Source: Macrostomum hystrix (lineage: Eukaryota > Animalia > Platyhelminthes). Taken from it: a stretch of 64,000 nucleotides of DNA. The stretch lies in the NCBI GenBank assembly GCA_950097015.1, contig CATNEN010000001.1, positions 21,080,001-21,144,000 on the forward strand. The letters are read 5' to 3'. The notes beneath the pieces are model-generated. The model was given only the letters and a program-made list of their open reading frames with translations. It was not told the origin of the DNA and did not search any database. Below are positions 62,901 to 64,000 of the stretch, one piece after another. Made by a program: the position numbers and the translations under genes. Positions within the stretch are counted from its first letter, which is position 1; each line of letters begins with the position of its first letter.

Positions 62901-64000
62901 GCCTGGATGTCGACTCGTCCGGAGATCTCATTGCGGCCGGCTGCTTGGACGAATTCCACCTGTTGATGTGGTCGCTGAAAACTGGCAGGTTGCTGACTAC
63001 CTTGACTGGCCACACCGCGCCAGTGTCCTGCGTGGCTTTCAGGTGAAATTAAATCACATCCTTGATAACTTGATAACAGTAGAACTACCAAAGGGATATC
63101 CCCCTGACAATTCTTTTGTGCTGCATTCGAACGGAGCAACGCAAGCACACGAAACTCAAGAACACAAGAAACACAAGAAAACAAGAATCAAGTTGCCAGC
63201 TCTTCAGACCGTCGAGATATTCAATAATTCTGTCCGAAGGTCATATTTTTCCCATAAGCGCTAGTGTATTTCATACGCCCCTATACACTAATTAGCACTG
63301 CGCCTCAGTGCGGCGTTGCCAGGCCTTCAAAATCTATCAGCGTGTCATCCGAATGTGCCTGCATCATCTCCGTCTTCGGTGGTCACCCACCTCTCTCGGA
63401 CTGCTGGACCTTCAAGGGCTTCAGCCGGTGGAAATAGGCCACTATGGTCACCCTGACACGAATATCTACAATTTCATTGATCAAGCCTTAGGCGCAGTTC
63501 AACCACACGACATCATCGCCTAGGCTGTCAACCAACCAGTCAACACTGTTAGCATGCTGTTGGCATTCGGGCGCTTCCAAAAAAATCTGGGAAGGGGAGT
63601 ACCCGTCTCATCGTCAGGTTGGTCCTCCAAGGCGTAAATTGCACGAAAACCCCCGAGCCCAAATGAATGTAACCTCGCCATGGAATCGAGCTCGGGACCT
63701 TGGTGCGAATTTAAAAGCACTAAATACAAAATAATTATTATGCCGGACAATACCTATTGCAAATGGATTATAAGATTATATAATTATGAGATCACTATCC
63801 TCTATCGCTCAAATCCCAATCAAATCCCAATCTCCCACCAGGCCGGGCCCAGGTGCCACCGTGCTAGCCAGCGGATCCTGGGACGGCACAGTTCGCCTCT
63901 GGGATGTCCTTGGCTCTGATCAGCAGCCCGAAGTGATTCAATGCGGGCACGATGTTCTGGCGCTGGCCTGGCGACCCGACGGTCAGCAACTGTCCGTTGC
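59985..64000 (+). CDS. PWP2: PWP2/Utp1 WD40 SSU-processome protein, 5' part (runs off the window)
   Basis: Exons 59985-60479, 60791-61306, 62498-63042, 63842->64000. MDFRFSNLLGSVYRLGN..ISPVGNRITVFDL; GQLLVWDW; DGSVRAWDLGRYKNFRT; LASGSWDGTVRLWD. Confidence 0.95.
60528..60755 (-). repeat. Tandem pair of degenerate tRNA-like heads (about 128-bp duplication) in PWP2 intron 1
   Basis: Reverse complements carry TAGCTGGATGG/TGGCGCAGTGG and GGTTCGAATC/GGTTCGATTC; the stems do not pair well. Confidence 0.6.
61330..61403 (+). mobile_element. SINE family A fragment
   Basis: CATTGCTTCAGTTCAACAGCTGTTAAAATGGTTACCAGCAT matches about 878-918. Confidence 0.7.
61405..62390. repeat. About 22-bp minisatellite (PWP2 intron 2), interrupted by a solo LTR
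   Basis: TTTACAATTGGGATTCCCCTGG / TTTATGATTGGGATTTCCCTAA units. Confidence 0.92.
61912..62255. mobile_element. 344-bp solo-LTR-like insertion
   Basis: TG...CA ends with inverted termini TGTTGTG / CACAACA; 4-bp TSD TATG at 61908-61911 and 62256-62259. Confidence 0.8.
63360..63572 (-). mobile_element. Dispersed repeat family C, copy 2 (may extend to about 63260)
   Basis: Reverse-complement match to 18945-19172. Confidence 0.7.
63605..63710 (-). mobile_element. SINE family B fragment
   Basis: GGCGTAAATTGCACGA...GGAATCGAGCTCGGGACCTTGGTGCGA. Confidence 0.7.

Overview
This is eukaryotic (animal) genomic DNA with GT-AG spliceosomal introns. The closely spaced co-oriented housekeeping genes, unpaired splice acceptors in front of start codons and minisatellite-filled introns point to an SL trans-splicing flatworm such as Macrostomum (inference, not verified). 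In order, the window holds: the 3' part of an unknown acidic protein gene; a convergent pair of paralogous secreted six-cysteine peptide genes; a + strand run Rab35 - ULK4 - FAM91A1 - TRIM(RING/B-box/NHL-like) - NRDE2 - RBM34; a - strand PAN+fibrinogen-domain cluster (two genes and a relic); and a second + strand run PHAX - PWP2, which continues past the window end. There are about 22 minisatellite arrays, two tRNA-headed SINE families, a solo LTR and a 38-bp palindromic insertion with an 8-bp TSD. Highlights: (1) NRDE2 has no genomic start codon and appears to need the 3'-terminal AUG of a flatworm spliced leader; (2) each candidate operon begins with a sharply bounded CpG-depleted, TAGGCCTA-rich zone; (3) a small secreted Cys-rich peptide family I do not recognise; (4) minisatellites are concentrated in the operon bodies and often resemble splice signals; (5) an HDV-ribozyme-like core inside a SINE. 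All exon coordinates and counts were made by eye.
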